Part shown: in pieces, positions 38,387-51,100 of the stretch
Numbering within the stretch: position 1 is the first letter of the stretch
Layout of the letters: each line of letters opens with the position of its first letter
NCBI GenBank assembly: GCA_001244265.2
Contig: CDLV01000004.1
Location: forward strand, 1,550,001 to 1,614,000
DNA: 64,000 nucleotides
Source: Microbotryum violaceum
Taxonomy: Eukaryota
Reading direction: 5' to 3'
The notes under the pieces: model-generated
Database searches by the model: none
What the model was told of the DNA's origin: nothing
What the model saw: only the letters and a program-made list of their open reading frames with translations
Translations under genes and position numbers: made by a program

Positions 38387-39044
38387 CCGGTCAGTTAATC
38401 ATGCTGCCCTGCGCTTTGCTTTTGAAAGATTGGCACACACCTGCCAACACGACGGTCACTCCAACGAACGGAGCCGTTGAGGATCTGCCACGGATGGTGA
38501 GCCGCAACTCACGGAACCTGTTTTTTTTTTTGCGTAATTCGACCTTTAGAACTATCAGTATTCTTGCTGTTGTCCATCTGTAGCAATGTCAGTGAGGACT
38601 CACATTTAGTGTCCCATGAACCCGGATTCTCAACCGTACGAGGTCAATCCTTCGGCTGTTTCACTGACGTTCAATGTCTGTTTTTGGTATTAGTTTTTCC
38701 GTCATATTTAAGACTGCACAGCCATGTCAAGGGATAACTCACGCATGCAGTGTCACCAGCTGACGGTGAAGATGTTGAGTTGACACTTGAGGAGTACACT
38801 CTGCAGGCTACATGAGCACGAGCACGCGCGGGCTTTCTCTTAGCTTCCTTCTGATTCGAGCGTTCTAATGTATTGAACCGCCTCGAATCAGATCAGTAGT
38901 ATTCACGGTATCATTGCAATAGTTAACTGAGCGTTCTAACATATTGAACCGCCTCGAATCAGACGCCGAGATTCTAGAGGTTATAAGCCCAACGACTTCG
39001 CACAGCTACTGCCACGTCGCAACGGTTCACCCGAACGCTCCACC

Positions 39045-42000
39045 ATGACTGGCGAACAGTCAACCATCGACAAGTCCGTCGACGCAGACCCTTCAACCCA
39101 CTCGCAAGCTTCTCGTTTCCCCGCATTTGCGATTTTGAAAAATTACAACCTCGACGTGTGGCTCGATCACGTTCGCTTCACCGTCGACAGGCGTCAGTGG
39201 CAGCTCTCCTTTCCCAAGCAGTACCCATCTGCTAAATGCAAGGACGACGATGAACTCGATCGAGCTCATGATGCGGTACACAAGGCAATGCATCAAACCT
39301 GCTCGGAAAGTGTGGCGCATCTTCTGGTCAGATGCTACGACATGACGCCGGAGCAGACGGTCGAATACCTTCGGGAGCACCTCGGTCAGTCTTCCCTTCG
39401 CGGCATTATCACGCAGGTCGGAAAGTTGTTCTCGGTCGGACCGCCACCAGCACAGGAAGACAATTATCTTCCTTGGGCCGGATCCATCACTCGCCTCACA
39501 ACTGACCTACGGGCTCACGATTTGACGTTCGATCAAGTGGTTGCATGCCACCTCATTGCGATTGTGGGGGCTCAACGACCGTCGTATCTGGATCAGTTCG
39601 ACTCCAAAGGCGTCGATGCGATACCAACTGTCGACACAGTGATCGCAGCAGGTCGAGCTCCAGCAAGCTTGAGTCAAGATACTGGGAACGCTGCGACGGC
39701 GTTGTTGGCCATGACTGGTGCCCAACCGAAGCCACCCGGCCCCTGCTGGAACTGCGGTGAAGACACCCACTTCAACAAAAACTGTTCCAAGCCAAAGAAG
39801 AAGAAGTCTTCACGACGCAAGACGACCAAAGGCGGGGAACCGATGGCGAATTTGGCGTTCCCTTCGGTTGAAGACATTCTGGGGATCAATTTCGTTGGCG
39901 CGTTCTTCACGCAATTACCAAAGGAACACTCTCCAGAAATGATCTTCTACGACACGGCAGCAACTCATCATGTCATCAATGATCCTGCCGCGTTTGCCGA
40001 CCTGAAGGCAACAGCTCCGTCTTCGTTAAAGGGCATCAATGGTGAGGGAAAGACCATTATGGGAGTAGGCACGGCCTGCGTCGAAGACAAGAACGGCAAG
40101 AGGTACAACTTGGTCAACAGCATATTCGTTCCTAGTGCCCCCGCCAATCTCTTTGCCGGGCATCGAGCCGATCGTGATAGTCGCAAGATCACCATTCAAA
40201 ACGGGTGATTCACGGTGGCGGGAAATGGCGACATCCTACTCACGGGACAGAAGCTCAATTTGGGGTTTTACCGTCTGGACCTCAAGTTGGTTCGAGGTCA
40301 AAGTGCACCCCTTGACTGTGCGTCAGCCACAGCCCTGACAGCAGTGCCTCTCCACATCTGGCACGGACATTTCGCTCATCTGCACTGCCGTTCCCTTCAC
40401 CAGCTGTTCAAGTCTGATGCTGTGATAGGTTTGAACATGAAGTCTCGCAGTGACTTCAAATGCGAATCGTGTCTGGCCGGCAAAGCTACGCACAAGCCGT
40501 TCCCAAACTCCGAATCGCGAGCCGGAAAACCCCTCGATCTCATCCGCATCGATCTTTTGTCCTTCGACGGCGAGCTGTCACTTGCAAACCATCGCTACGC
40601 CTAGTTATCGTCAACGATTGTACGCGGTACATGTGGGTGTTGACGATGCCGCAGAAGTCGGACTCCTTTGAAAGGTTCAAAACGTGGAAACTATGGGTCG
40701 AGCTGTCGTCAGGGTACACTTTGAAAGTTGTCCATCTGGACCGCGGTGGCGAGTTGTTTTTGACGGAGTTCGAGCAATGGTTGGACAACACAGGTTTGTC
40801 GCAACAACTCACGATCCTCAGCACGCCTGAGCAAAACGGTGTTGCCGAAAGGGCCAACCGCTCAATTTCGGAAGCAGCTCGAACAATGCTGTATGAATCC
40901 GGTCTGCCCACGGTGTTTTGGGCCAAAGCCGTGGCTACATACGTGTAAGTGAAGAATTGTTCCCCACACTCTGCCCTTGGTGGCAAGGTGCCATTTTGGG
41001 AATGGACCGGGAAACCTGCTCATGTTCATCACTTACGGGTCTTTGGATGTCAAGCTTGGCACACGGCGAATACCAAACAACGTAAGAAGCTCCTCCAGCC
41101 ACGGGGCCTTCCAATGATCTTCCTCGGATACGACCTAGAATCCAAAGCCTACTGCCTATGGGACCCGGTGAGGGTGCGGTTAACGTTATTGCAAAGCGTA
41201 ACATTCTTTGAGGACAAGTTCCCGACCCGTGAAGGCGCGCCAGCACCGAGAACACCAACAATTGAGGCAATCAAAGTAGTCGTACCTCGACCAGTCGCGA
41301 CAAATCGCCATGAAGCTGAGCAACAGCCAATTGCCGCGGCCCCGGAGGTTGAGGTATATGCCCGGGAAGAAAATCTGGTTGACAATGTTAACCCCGCCAA
41401 GCAACGCGGACCAGTTGTGGAAGATGTACCAAAGGAGCTGCGTTTTGAAGCTCCCGGACCTGCTTGGGCAGCACCGGTCGGAAAGCGGGATCGTAGGGCG
41501 CCTGAGCGTTTCGAACCGGAGGCCTTCGCAGCCGTTGCCGATTCCGACGAGGAGGACGGTCTGTTTGTTCTGCCGACTAGTGATCCCACAACTTGGAAGG
41601 CAGCCATGGCCCACCACAAGTCTCACGAATGCGCGCAAGGTGCAATTGATGAGTTTGAGTCATCGCGTGATGATTACTCAGTCTTTACGCTTATGAAACG
41701 AGACGAGCTTCCGGCCGGTGCCAAGGTTCTCGGGTCGAAGTTCGTTTTCCGAACGAAACGGGACAAGGATGGTCGGCCAACTTTGTACAAAGCTTGACTT
41801 GTTGCACGAGGCTTCACGCAACGGCCGGGAATTGACTCCAAAGAGATGTTCGCACCAACAGTGAAGTTCGTCTCAATTCATACTCTCATCGCGTTGGCGG
41901 CGGCCCGGGGTTACCATATCATCCAAGCGGACATTGACAAGGCCTATTTGCATGGCGAACTTGAAGAGGAATTGTACATGCACGTACCGGAGGGAATCCG

Positions 42001-43358
42001 ATTGCCCGACATTGTCTGTCTCAAGTTACACCACTCAATTTATGGTCTCAAGCAGGCCGGCCGGGTATGGAACGAGATGATCCATAAGACCCTCGTCAAG
42101 CTTGGTTACAATTGTCTTCGGAGCAAAGAGTGTGTCTATTGTCAAACACTTGGCAAAGACAATTATTACATCGCAGTTTACATCAACAACTTGCTGTTTG
42201 TCGGTCCCGACTTATCCAAAACTGATTGCGTGCTCGATGAATTGGATTGATTGTACGGAGTCAAACATCTCGGCAATGCAGAGTACATCCTTGGCGTCCA
42301 GCTAATTTGTCAAGTGGACGGGATTGCGTTGTCGCAACAACAGTATTTGCTCGATGTACTTGCAAGGTTCGGCTGTAATACACCCCGTTGGAGTGTACAC
42401 CTGAGCGGCGACAACAAGGATCACAGGACCAAAGTATGTAGAATTGACACTGGACACTCGTATCAGTCACTGGTATGACAATGCCTTCTGATCCACCTTG
42501 TGCTCACCTGGACACTCGTATCAGTCGCTGGAGAGAGACTAAGAGTGCCCAGGCGCGCATCCCCTCCTCCTAAGGCCCAGGCGCACGGGCCTTACATTGG
42601 CATGGCGGATGCTAACAAAAGTGTATTATCAATGCAACCGGGTCTTCAGCTCAAACCCTGCGACACTCCGGATCCATTGTTACAGACGCAGTACAGTTTG
42701 GCGATTGGATCGTTGATGTACACCGTTGTTGCAACCTGGCCTGATCTTGCATACCCGGTGTCGTACTTGGCAAGATTCACGAACAAGGCGGGCAGCGACC
42801 ATTGGGTGGCAGTTCTGAAGATCCTACGCTACATCAAGGGAACTCTCGAATTCGGCAGTGTCTACAAGGCGAAACGTGATTTGTTGGTTGGATATGTGGG
42901 ATACTCGGATTCAGACTGGAGTTCCTGCATCAACACATCCCGATCTACAATGGGGCATGTCTTCAAGCTGGCTGACGGGCCAATTTCTTGGAGTTCTCGG
43001 ATCCAGAGCCAAGTGGCGACATCATCAACGGAAGCGGAATACATCGCCTTACTCATGCGTCTCGAGAGTGTCAGTTCTTGAGAATCTGCTCGCGGAATTG
43101 GGAATCACGATTTGTGGGCTGATCGAGCTGAAAGGCGACAATCAAGGTGCGATAGCTCTCACAAAGAACCCGGTGTTCCACGATCGAACTAAGCACCTAC
43201 GCCTGACGGAGCATTTCGTTCGAGAACGGGTACCAGAAGGTGACATTGTCGTTAACTATTTTCCAACCGCCGAGATGCTCGCCGACATGTTTACAAAGGT
43301 GTTGCCGAGACCGGCACTAGAGCAGCACAGGGCGGCCATAGGGATGGGAATCATGTAG
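39045..43358 (+). pseudogene. Copia gag-pol (Zn knuckle, protease, integrase, RT, RNase H)
   Basis: CWNCGEDTHFNKNC; YDTAATHH; WHGHFAH..CESC; DRGGE..PEQNGVAERANR; DIDKAYLHG; SIYGLKQAGRVW; YSDSDW; DNQGAI..RTKH. Many stops. Confidence 0.95.
42374..42596 (-). repeat. Solo gypsy LTR inserted in the copia RT
   Basis: TGTAA...TTACA, 223 bp, near-identical to LTRs at 58339 and 62474. TSD TCGGC/TTGGC. Removing it restores DVLARFG|MADAN. Confidence 0.93.
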
Positions 43359-43715
43359 GCCTTAGAGCGAGGGGGGGGGTGTTGAGTTGACACTTGAGTA
43401 CACTCTGCAGGCTACATGAGCACGAGCACGCGCGGGCTTTCTCTTAGCTTCCTTCTGATTCGAGCGTTCTAATGTATTGAACCGCCTCGAATCAGATCAG
43501 TAGTATTCACGGTATCATTGCAATAGTTAACTGAGCGTTCTAACATATTGAACTGCCTCGAATCAGACACCGAGATTCTAGAGAAGAAACAACTCGAGAG
43601 CTGTTCGGATGTCGCGAGCTCGAGGTGGCGATGGGATGAGGTGCGATGGGTAGGGTGTGAAGAGCAGGAGGGAGAAAGATGGAGAAGCCTGCGCCTCAGT
43701 TTAGACCGGACTCAT

Positions 43716-44192
43716 TGTCACGAATGGAAGCTCGCCACTCCGAGTTCGGCCTCTCAGCACTCTCATCATCCGCGTGACCTCGGCCTTCCCGCGCCTCGGA
43801 CCTCCTCTCCCCGCTTCGGCACCTGCACTGCTTTCTTCTCCTCCAACTACACACTCACAACCCTCTCGCCCCCGACTCTTACGTGATCATCAATCAGGCT
43901 CTATTACGTGATCCTCAGCCTCAACATTATTACGTGATCCTCGTGCCTCGCCTCCTCAAGCTCGTCACCTCGTCCCCGACTCCTCTGGTCTAGTTCTCCC
44001 TTTCCGTAGCTTACTTCTCTCTTTCCCTTCTGCAACTCGAATCTCGTCAAAGGTCACATCCTTGCACTCGTCCCTCGTCCTCGTCTCTCTTGAGAAGTCC
44101 ATAGAACCTCTCTCGACTTGTCCCTCGTCCCTCGCCCCTCGTCTCGAGCCCCTTCGTCCGGCTCGTTCCTCCTATCTTTGTCCTTCGTGATA
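43716..44192. repeat. Solo LTR of another family (477 bp)
   Basis: TGTCACGAA...TTCGTGATA inverted ends. TSD CTCAT; empty site CCGGACTCATAGAATG in copy C (about 36325). Confidence 0.88.
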
Positions 44193-44742
44193 CTCATAGA
44201 ATGTCGCGGAAGGCCGCGGAACGTTGTGGAGTGAAGCCCGAAGCAGAGGGTCATGTGCCAGGCTGCTTTGATGGGAAATGGAACCTTGACGAACGTTGGA
44301 ACCTCGGCGAACGTGGACGGAACGGTCTGTCGCCACGTGGTTTGTCTTTGTCTCAGGACGTATTTTATTTGATTTGACTTTTAAGGATCTAAGGATTAAG
44401 GATATATACATATATATATATAATATAGATTAGTATATTTAGCCACAAAGTTCTTTTTAGTAGTTTAGTAGATGGATAGATAAAGGGTTGTTTATAGTGT
44501 TTTTAGTAGGGGGTACTCCCTGCCGAGATAGATCCTGTAAGGCTTTCTGATGCTTTCACTGTACGCTCTCAAAGGGTAAAGGGGTGCTACAAATGATATG
44601 ATAACGCGAAAATGATACCGCAAGCAGGCCTGGTACCTGCACTCCTAAAGGCCTGCACGGGATTCCCAGGTCCGTCACGCGCCTGGTTTACATACGGGGG
44701 ACCCTCCCGCCTGAGACACTATTCCCTCAAGGTCCTGGATAT

Positions 44743-44805
44743 CCCGCGATCCGCCGGCGCTCGAGCAAATCGCGGGAGATCCCGCGGAAAGGGCTTGCGC
44801 GTGTA
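44743..44805 (+). repeat. ~65-bp repeat, inverted partner at 50444-50508
   Basis: CCCGCGATCCGCCGGCGCTCGAGCAAATCGCGGGAGATCCCGCGGAAAGGGCTTGCGCGTGTA matches the reverse complement of 50444-50508 with few differences. Confidence 0.9.
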
Positions 44806-45241
44806 GGATCCCACCCGCACCGGCGCACCCCCGACTTGCGCGCCCATATTCGCGCATATGACGCAGCTCAGCGGATCAGGGCGGCCGGCACTATCTTTAG
44901 CTCTTTCCCTTGCCCCCCTGCCCTCCACCGTAAGTTCACCTTCTCCGGCTGCTCGATACCACGTGGGCACGACCCCAACAGGGCACTAAGTGTGCATGGC
45001 CCCAAAGTGACTTGACCTGTGCTCGTCAGAGCTCGTATCGCACTGTACTCAGCCCCGCGGGCCCCCGCCGGTGCACCTTCCGCCTCATACTTCCCCACTT
45101 CTGAGGCCCCGTCGACTGCATTCACTCAGCACTTTCGAGCATCGAGCGTGACGATCCCGATCGCACCGCCCTGGCCGCATCCGCTTGACCTACTTCTACT
45201 CCTGTCCCCATTGTTGATACCACCATATATCCGGTCATATC

Positions 45242-48200
45242 ATGTCGTCGACCATCTACCAGGACTCGTTCGTCAATGCTCGGCCCGGTGCGCCGTACCA
45301 TGCCGTCACCGCCCGACTGTCGTTCGCTCGTGCGTTGACGCAAGACCTCGCATCCTACTACCACGAGCGGGCTTTGGTTGAAGATGCGTATGTCAAGTCG
45401 TTGCAGAAGCTCTCGACTCGACTGCACCAGGCGGGCTCGCACACGGTCTTTGCCAGCATCGACGAGCTCGGCCTCGATTCCCGTGAGCGCCAGCGTCAAC
45501 TCGGAGCATGGCATGTCGTCCGCGTGCGTCTCGAGGTCGAGGTCAATGAACTGGCCCAGCAGCACGAGACGTGGAGGAGGAAGACGGTCGAAGAGGTCGA
45601 GACTCCGTTGCGACAGAGCTTGTCCAAGCCAGAGTGGGCTCGCTGGCAGGAGGGCGAGGCGTCGCTCGGCTCGACCGTCCGAGAGTACGAGAGCACGCTT
45701 GACAAGGTGCAAAAGGTCAGTAGCAGTCACAGTTTTCTAGTGCTTATGTTTGGTTCAGGGTCCGGGCTAAGACTGACCTCATCCGCTACGTCACTTCCCC
45801 GCCGCTCCTCTCGCATCTCATCTGTGTCTCACCCGCTTCGTGCCGTCATCCGAAATTCGTACACTGTCTTGGCCCCTGTTGATAATTTGCTTCCCTTTAC
45901 ATCCTCAAAGGCTTCTAGCCATCAAGGAACGAAACCGACGGGGTCCACTTCGACCAAGCTTCTGACCTCCCAGGCCCACTTGGCCACGCTCGGTTCATCT
46001 CTCAAGTCGGCTACGCCGGCTTTCCTCGACACCTCGCAAAAGCTTGATGAATCGCACCAGCTCTTCCTCAAGGAGGCTCTCGTCCGATCCGGAACGTTTA
46101 CGTCCGATCTTGGGCGCGACCGAATGGAAGCCGGCGAAGGTCTGCTCAACACCGTGCTCGGCGTCGATGAACAGGCCGAGATCCAGGGCTGGGGCTTGAG
46201 AGAAGGCATGAAGGCCTCGGGTGGTGGATCCGCGGCTGCGAGCGGTGTTCAAAGCACGAACGAGTTCGGAGCCACGTCCGCCACGAGTGCATCCGGGTAT
46301 GGCGGCGCGATCCGAGAGCAATCTATTGCCGAGGAGCCGATCCAGGCTCCGCCTCCAACTCTGGCTACGCCAGCGCAGACCCAGGATCGAATGCGAGCTT
46401 CTTGTGAGTGCCAAGTCCACCAGATACGCAGGTTAAAAAGGTAGCTGATGATCGACATCGAACGGCCTACCTTAGCCAACGCTCGACCTGCACCCCCTCC
46501 CGTCGCCCCTCTGCCCCTCCCCTCCCCGGCAGCACCGAAAAAGACCGGCGGAGGCTTCAAGTTCTCAAAGGTCTTTAAGCGCGACAAGGGATCGTCAGGA
46601 GCCGCCTCTTCCAAATACGGTACTATCGAAACCAGAAACCAGTACCGAGGCTCTGCGGACCGTCAGTCGATCGAATCTCGTGATTCGGCGTCAGTCGTTA
46701 GTCGACCCGAAGCGGCGACGCGCTCGTCCCTTCTGGCTCCTCATGCCCCCCGGTTGGAACGCACGGCTAGTAGATCAAGCAGTCTGATGGGTGGTTCTTC
46801 AAGCGCGGGTGCGATGCAAGCCCCCATCATGCCCACGGCGTCGACCCAGAATCGCGATAGCTTAATGCCAGGGGGTACCGGCGGCCTCTTCCGACGGGCA
46901 TCGTCGGCCAGGATGGGCAGCGGTAGCAAGAATGGCGGGCAGGCAGCAAGTGGCTCGGGTAGAGACGAGCCACTACAAGAACCGACGAGCAGCAATGGCG
47001 CGACTGTTGATGAGGAAGGGTACTCGGTTCCTCCGGCTGGCTACGACAAGCAGCCGTGGGAACGAACGGCGCAGGGCTCGAGCCTGATGGATGATGATGA
47101 CGACGACGAAGCTGCCGACACTGCTGCGCCCTTGCAAAGCTCTTCTCGAGTCCCCGCCGTGGCTCTTGCTCCGGCCATCATGACCGAAGCCGAAAGCGAT
47201 CGTCAAGCCGCGCTCGAAAAGGTGCAATCGACGCTGCTCTCGTCGGGCCCGGCCTCGAGTCTGAGTCGCCGAACGACTCGCGGTCGTCGAGATATCAACC
47301 GTTTGTCGTCGATGCTCGGGCTCTCCGGAGCCACTTTGCCGATAATCGCCGATGAGATCCCCGTGGCCCAAGCCGTCGAGCGACCACAGCAATCACGCGA
47401 GACATCGTTGGATTCGTCGTCGGCCTCACCCGCCGCAGCAACGACGGTCTTTTCCCCCTCGGCGTTGAAACGCGTCGGATCACCTACGATGTCGTCCGAC
47501 CGGGCCATGTCAATGATGTCGACAACGTCTCGCTTCGGTGGTGCGGCCGATCCTTTCGAGCACGAGGCCTCCCCTGGGCTGCGCGCGAACATCGTCGAGA
47601 CCGTGAACGTCCTTTCCAAAGGTGGTGAAGTGACTCGGGCCATGATCACCGGCGAGGTTCATCTATCCTACCGCGCCGACTCTTCCGCAACGGCGGCCTC
47701 GCCACTCCGCTTTCGCATCGCGCAATTCGACCAATTCGAAAAGGCGGCCCCCAACACGACGTACATCTCCCCTATTGCCGGCGGATTCCCCGGCGAATTC
47801 AAAGTTCTGCCTGCTCTAGGCGCACAACACGGCTCGACCGTCGTCGTACTCAAATACCAAGTCCGTATCGGTGCCGGTCAAGAATTTGGCTACAACCCGC
47901 TTTCGGTAAAGGTGTTGTGGAGATGCGAACCGACGCAAACGAAGTTGATCATCAGCTACAAAGCCAACGTTTTACCTTCCTCCTCGTCGAGTCCCTTCGG
48001 CGAGGACCAAGAGGAGCCTTTGAGGGATCTCGAATTTTCGGTTCCCTTGGTGGCGAACGTCTCGACTGTGCAAGCTAAACCTGCTGTGGCGAAATGGCAT
48101 GCTGATACACATCGGTTGATCTTCAGCCTGCCCGAACCATTCGAATCGGGTCCGACGACGGAGGAGAAGAAGTTGTTGGCAAGTGTGGGAACGGACGCGC

Positions 48201-48340
48201 AGTGTTGGGCACAGCCTTTGGCGGTGAAATGGGCGATCAGGGGGAGGTTGCTGAGTGAGGTCGGGGTGGAGATGGAGGGGGAGGGGTTCAAGGAGGTGAG
48301 GAAGGCGGTGGTGGCGGGCAAGTATTTGGTTGCCCCCTGA
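45242..48340 (+). CDS. SYP1: Muniscin (SYP1/FCHO-like): F-BAR N-terminus, disordered linker, mu-homology domain (multi-exon)
   Basis: LASYYHERALVEDAYVKSLQKL (FCH). GLRANIVETVNVLSKGGEVTRAMITGEVHLSY ... VVAGKYL (muHD). Confidence 0.85.
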
Positions 48341-48562
48341 GTGGAGTGGAGTGGGATCTCTTGTTTGGGTTGGGATGGGGAGGCGTCAGAAAGACATTCT
48401 AGACTCGTTTTGACGCAAATCGGTTTGCTCTCTCTTTAATCTATTGAAATGGAATGCAGTAGTCTCTCACTTTGCAGCGACCCTCCACGAGAAACAGATG
48501 CCCTGCATTATGTAAAACCAAAGCTGCACTGTCAAAGCGTACCTCCCTCCCCTCCTTCGCCG

Positions 48563-50254
48563 TCACCATCGCTTGTTCACGGTCCTCGTATCCTGCGGGA
48601 ACTCGAGCGGGATCCTCAACACGGCCTGTTTCCTACTCCTCGCTTCGGAACTGGTCTTGACGATTTTGGCGGCGAGGAGACGTTCCCTTTCGGCAGGGGA
48701 AGGGGTAAGGAGTTGACAGCCGAGGGAACGGAAAACCTCGCCAACCCTGAGTTAAAGAGGAGAGCGTGTCAGTTGATTGTAGGAAGAGCCAAGCTTATGC
48801 GAGGTGTGCCTACCTCTTTGCGCCGGTGCCGAGATCATGCGCGATCGTGCGGACATCGGTCGCATAACTATCAATCCCGAGGCACAAGACCAACACGAAC
48901 GACAAGAGCTTGGTCTCCATCGTACTCGTCATCTTGACCTGTTCCGCACCGCCGCCCAAACCACCGCGATGCGATTCGGTGAACTTTTCCAACAGACCAT
49001 CGATGATGATGGGCAAAGAGAAGAGAGGACCTAGACGTTCGGTAAGTTTAGGCCGGGCGAGAGAAGCCGTACCTCCGAATTGGGTCGTTTGACGGAATTG
49101 CAAGAGGATCGAAAGGTAGACCAAGAGACGGAGGTTCTCCTTGTCCTTTTTACCAAGTTGGATTGACGAGGCGACGTCTTCGGAGTGGGAGGAGAGGAGA
49201 CGACGAACGCGATCGTTGACGAAGCGACTTTTGCGAAAGGGAAGGAACGAGAGACGGGTTTTGAGGGGATCCGAGCGTTTGGAGTGGGTGGTCCGTCGGC
49301 GAGGGTTGGCACTGTTGGGTGTTTCCGGCGTTGGGTGTTCCTCCTCCTCTTCGACAGGTTCTTCTTCGACAGGGGGAAGAGCGTCGACAAAGCTCTCGAT
49401 CCCGATGGAAGCCAATTCGTTCTTGGAGACGATCCCGTCGAGCGGATAGACATCGTCGACCTTGGCCGCGTACAAGTCCAACCTCGGAATGGTCGCTCTC
49501 TCGACATTCGCACTCAATTCGATCTGTGCACGATCGGGTAGACTCACCGAGTTGTCGACGATTGTTTGCTGCAGATGGGATTGGAGGTGCTTGGAGCGGA
49601 CCGAGTCGCCGTAGCTCGATTCGGAGAGCTTGTTCCTCTCTTGGGCGTTGAGTTGACGTTGCGCCTTCTTGGTGCCGAACGTGGCTCCCAATGCTGCCCG
49701 TTGCGCGGAGAAGAGGGAAGACGCGGAGGGACGGGAAGGGTCGTGGGAGAGTGGTTTGAGGGACTTTATGGTGGGGTGAAAGATGTGCAAGGGGGCCGAG
49801 TGGAGGGCGAGGGAGTCGGTGAGAGGGTCGTGGATGCCGATGAGGTATTGCGCGGAATCGGGTTCGGCCAAGAGCGACTGGGAATAGGAGGCGGCTTCCT
49901 CGGAGGCGTCGAGTAGGCGCACCTGGGCTTGGTGACGTGTGGTCGACTCGAATTCGATCGCGTCCGTCTCGGCGACGACGAGGTGAGCTGAGCTGAGCGA
50001 AGACGGTTGACCGTCCGGTGTGTAGAGGTCAAAGGGGGTGGAGGGGGACGGTCGAGTCGAGGGGAACATGCCTGGGTGAGCGACATAGGCGTGAGCCAGT
50101 CTACACGAGGAGGGGTTTAGACAGGGTGCGATGCTTGGAACTGACCTAGAATGGGAGCGACTTGGCCTCGTTCAGGATGGTGGTAAGCAACCGCGATCGC
50201 TTGTCCTGTACTCGACTTGCGCTTCTTGGACGTCGAAGCCACCGAGGACGCCAT
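48563..50254 (-). CDS. RPA49: RNA polymerase I subunit A49 (RPA49/PAF53), multi-exon
   Basis: AETDAIEF, QYLIGIHDP, RAALGATFGTKKAQRQL, IPRLDLYAAKVDDVYPLDGIV; last exon EVFRSLGC..AVLRIPLEFP. Confidence 0.88.
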
Positions 50255-50443
50255 GGTGAGGTGAACAGTGTGGGTGCGCTGGCGACGCTAGAGAGGGAGC
50301 GAACGAGCCCGGCTCGAGGCACGAGTGGACGCTGAAGCCGGTCGCTGCGAAGCGCGGAAGGACCCCGAAAGCCCGGCCTGAGGCGCGTAGCGCCCGACTG
50401 GACAAATTTTGGGCCTCAGATGGGCCAAAATCGCCAAGGCGCG

Positions 50444-50508
50444 TACACGCGCAAGCCCTTTCCGCGGGATTTTCCCGCGAATTTGCTCGAGCGCAGGCGG
50501 ATCGCGGG
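50444..50508 (-). repeat. ~65-bp repeat, inverted partner of 44743-44805
   Basis: Direct sequence comparison. Confidence 0.9.
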
Positions 50509-51100
50509 GGATAGTCCTGGGTCCCGGGATGATCCTAAGATGGTGCCAGGATAGTTGTGGGATCAATTAGTAAACAGTTTAACTTTTACTTATGCATACT
50601 TGTAATGCTTGATCCATTTGTAATCACTTTTGCGTTCATTCTCTCGCTGTAATCGGGTGCGGTTTCCACAATACAGTACAAGGCTAAACAACGTATCGAA
50701 TGTAATTCGCATCGTAGCTTCATTCCGATCACGCGCTAAAGCCATCGCTCGGCTATGCTTTTTCCGAGTCTCAATCCCCTTGCCGGTCCTCCGCCCGGAG
50801 CTGACGGCGGACGAAATGACCTTGAGTTCTGCCTGTATGAGGTATTTGCAAGTTTTTCAGTTGCCTCTAGGGTCTCCGACTAGACGCCTGAAGACTTGTA
50901 GTTGGTCATTGAGCGCTTGTGGCGTTTGAATGACCCCGAGCGGCTGACCATAATCGTCGATTACCTCCCTACGACATTGTGCTTTATTTAAATAGCTATG
51001 CCTGGTGAGAACTGCTACAGGTAATACTACTAACTCAGTCTCGATCTCACACCGATGCCGATGACTTGACGGGCGAACATCCCGCCGAGGTGGAGCTGAC

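Larger units (their letters stand above)
38773..43582 (+). mobile_element. Full-length Ty1/copia LTR retrotransposon (degenerate)
   Basis: LTRs 38773-38978 and 43380-43582. TSD GAAGA, with the empty site seen at about 36023-36040. PBS GGTTATAAGCCC (copia half-tRNAiMet type). G-rich PPT at 43364-43379. Confidence 0.95.
37115..44429 (-). mobile_element. Non-autonomous Helitron copy D, both termini present, hosting a copia element and a solo LTR
   Basis: 3' hairpin plus CTAG|T at 37115. 5' A|TCTATATTATATAT at 44429. Confidence 0.85.
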
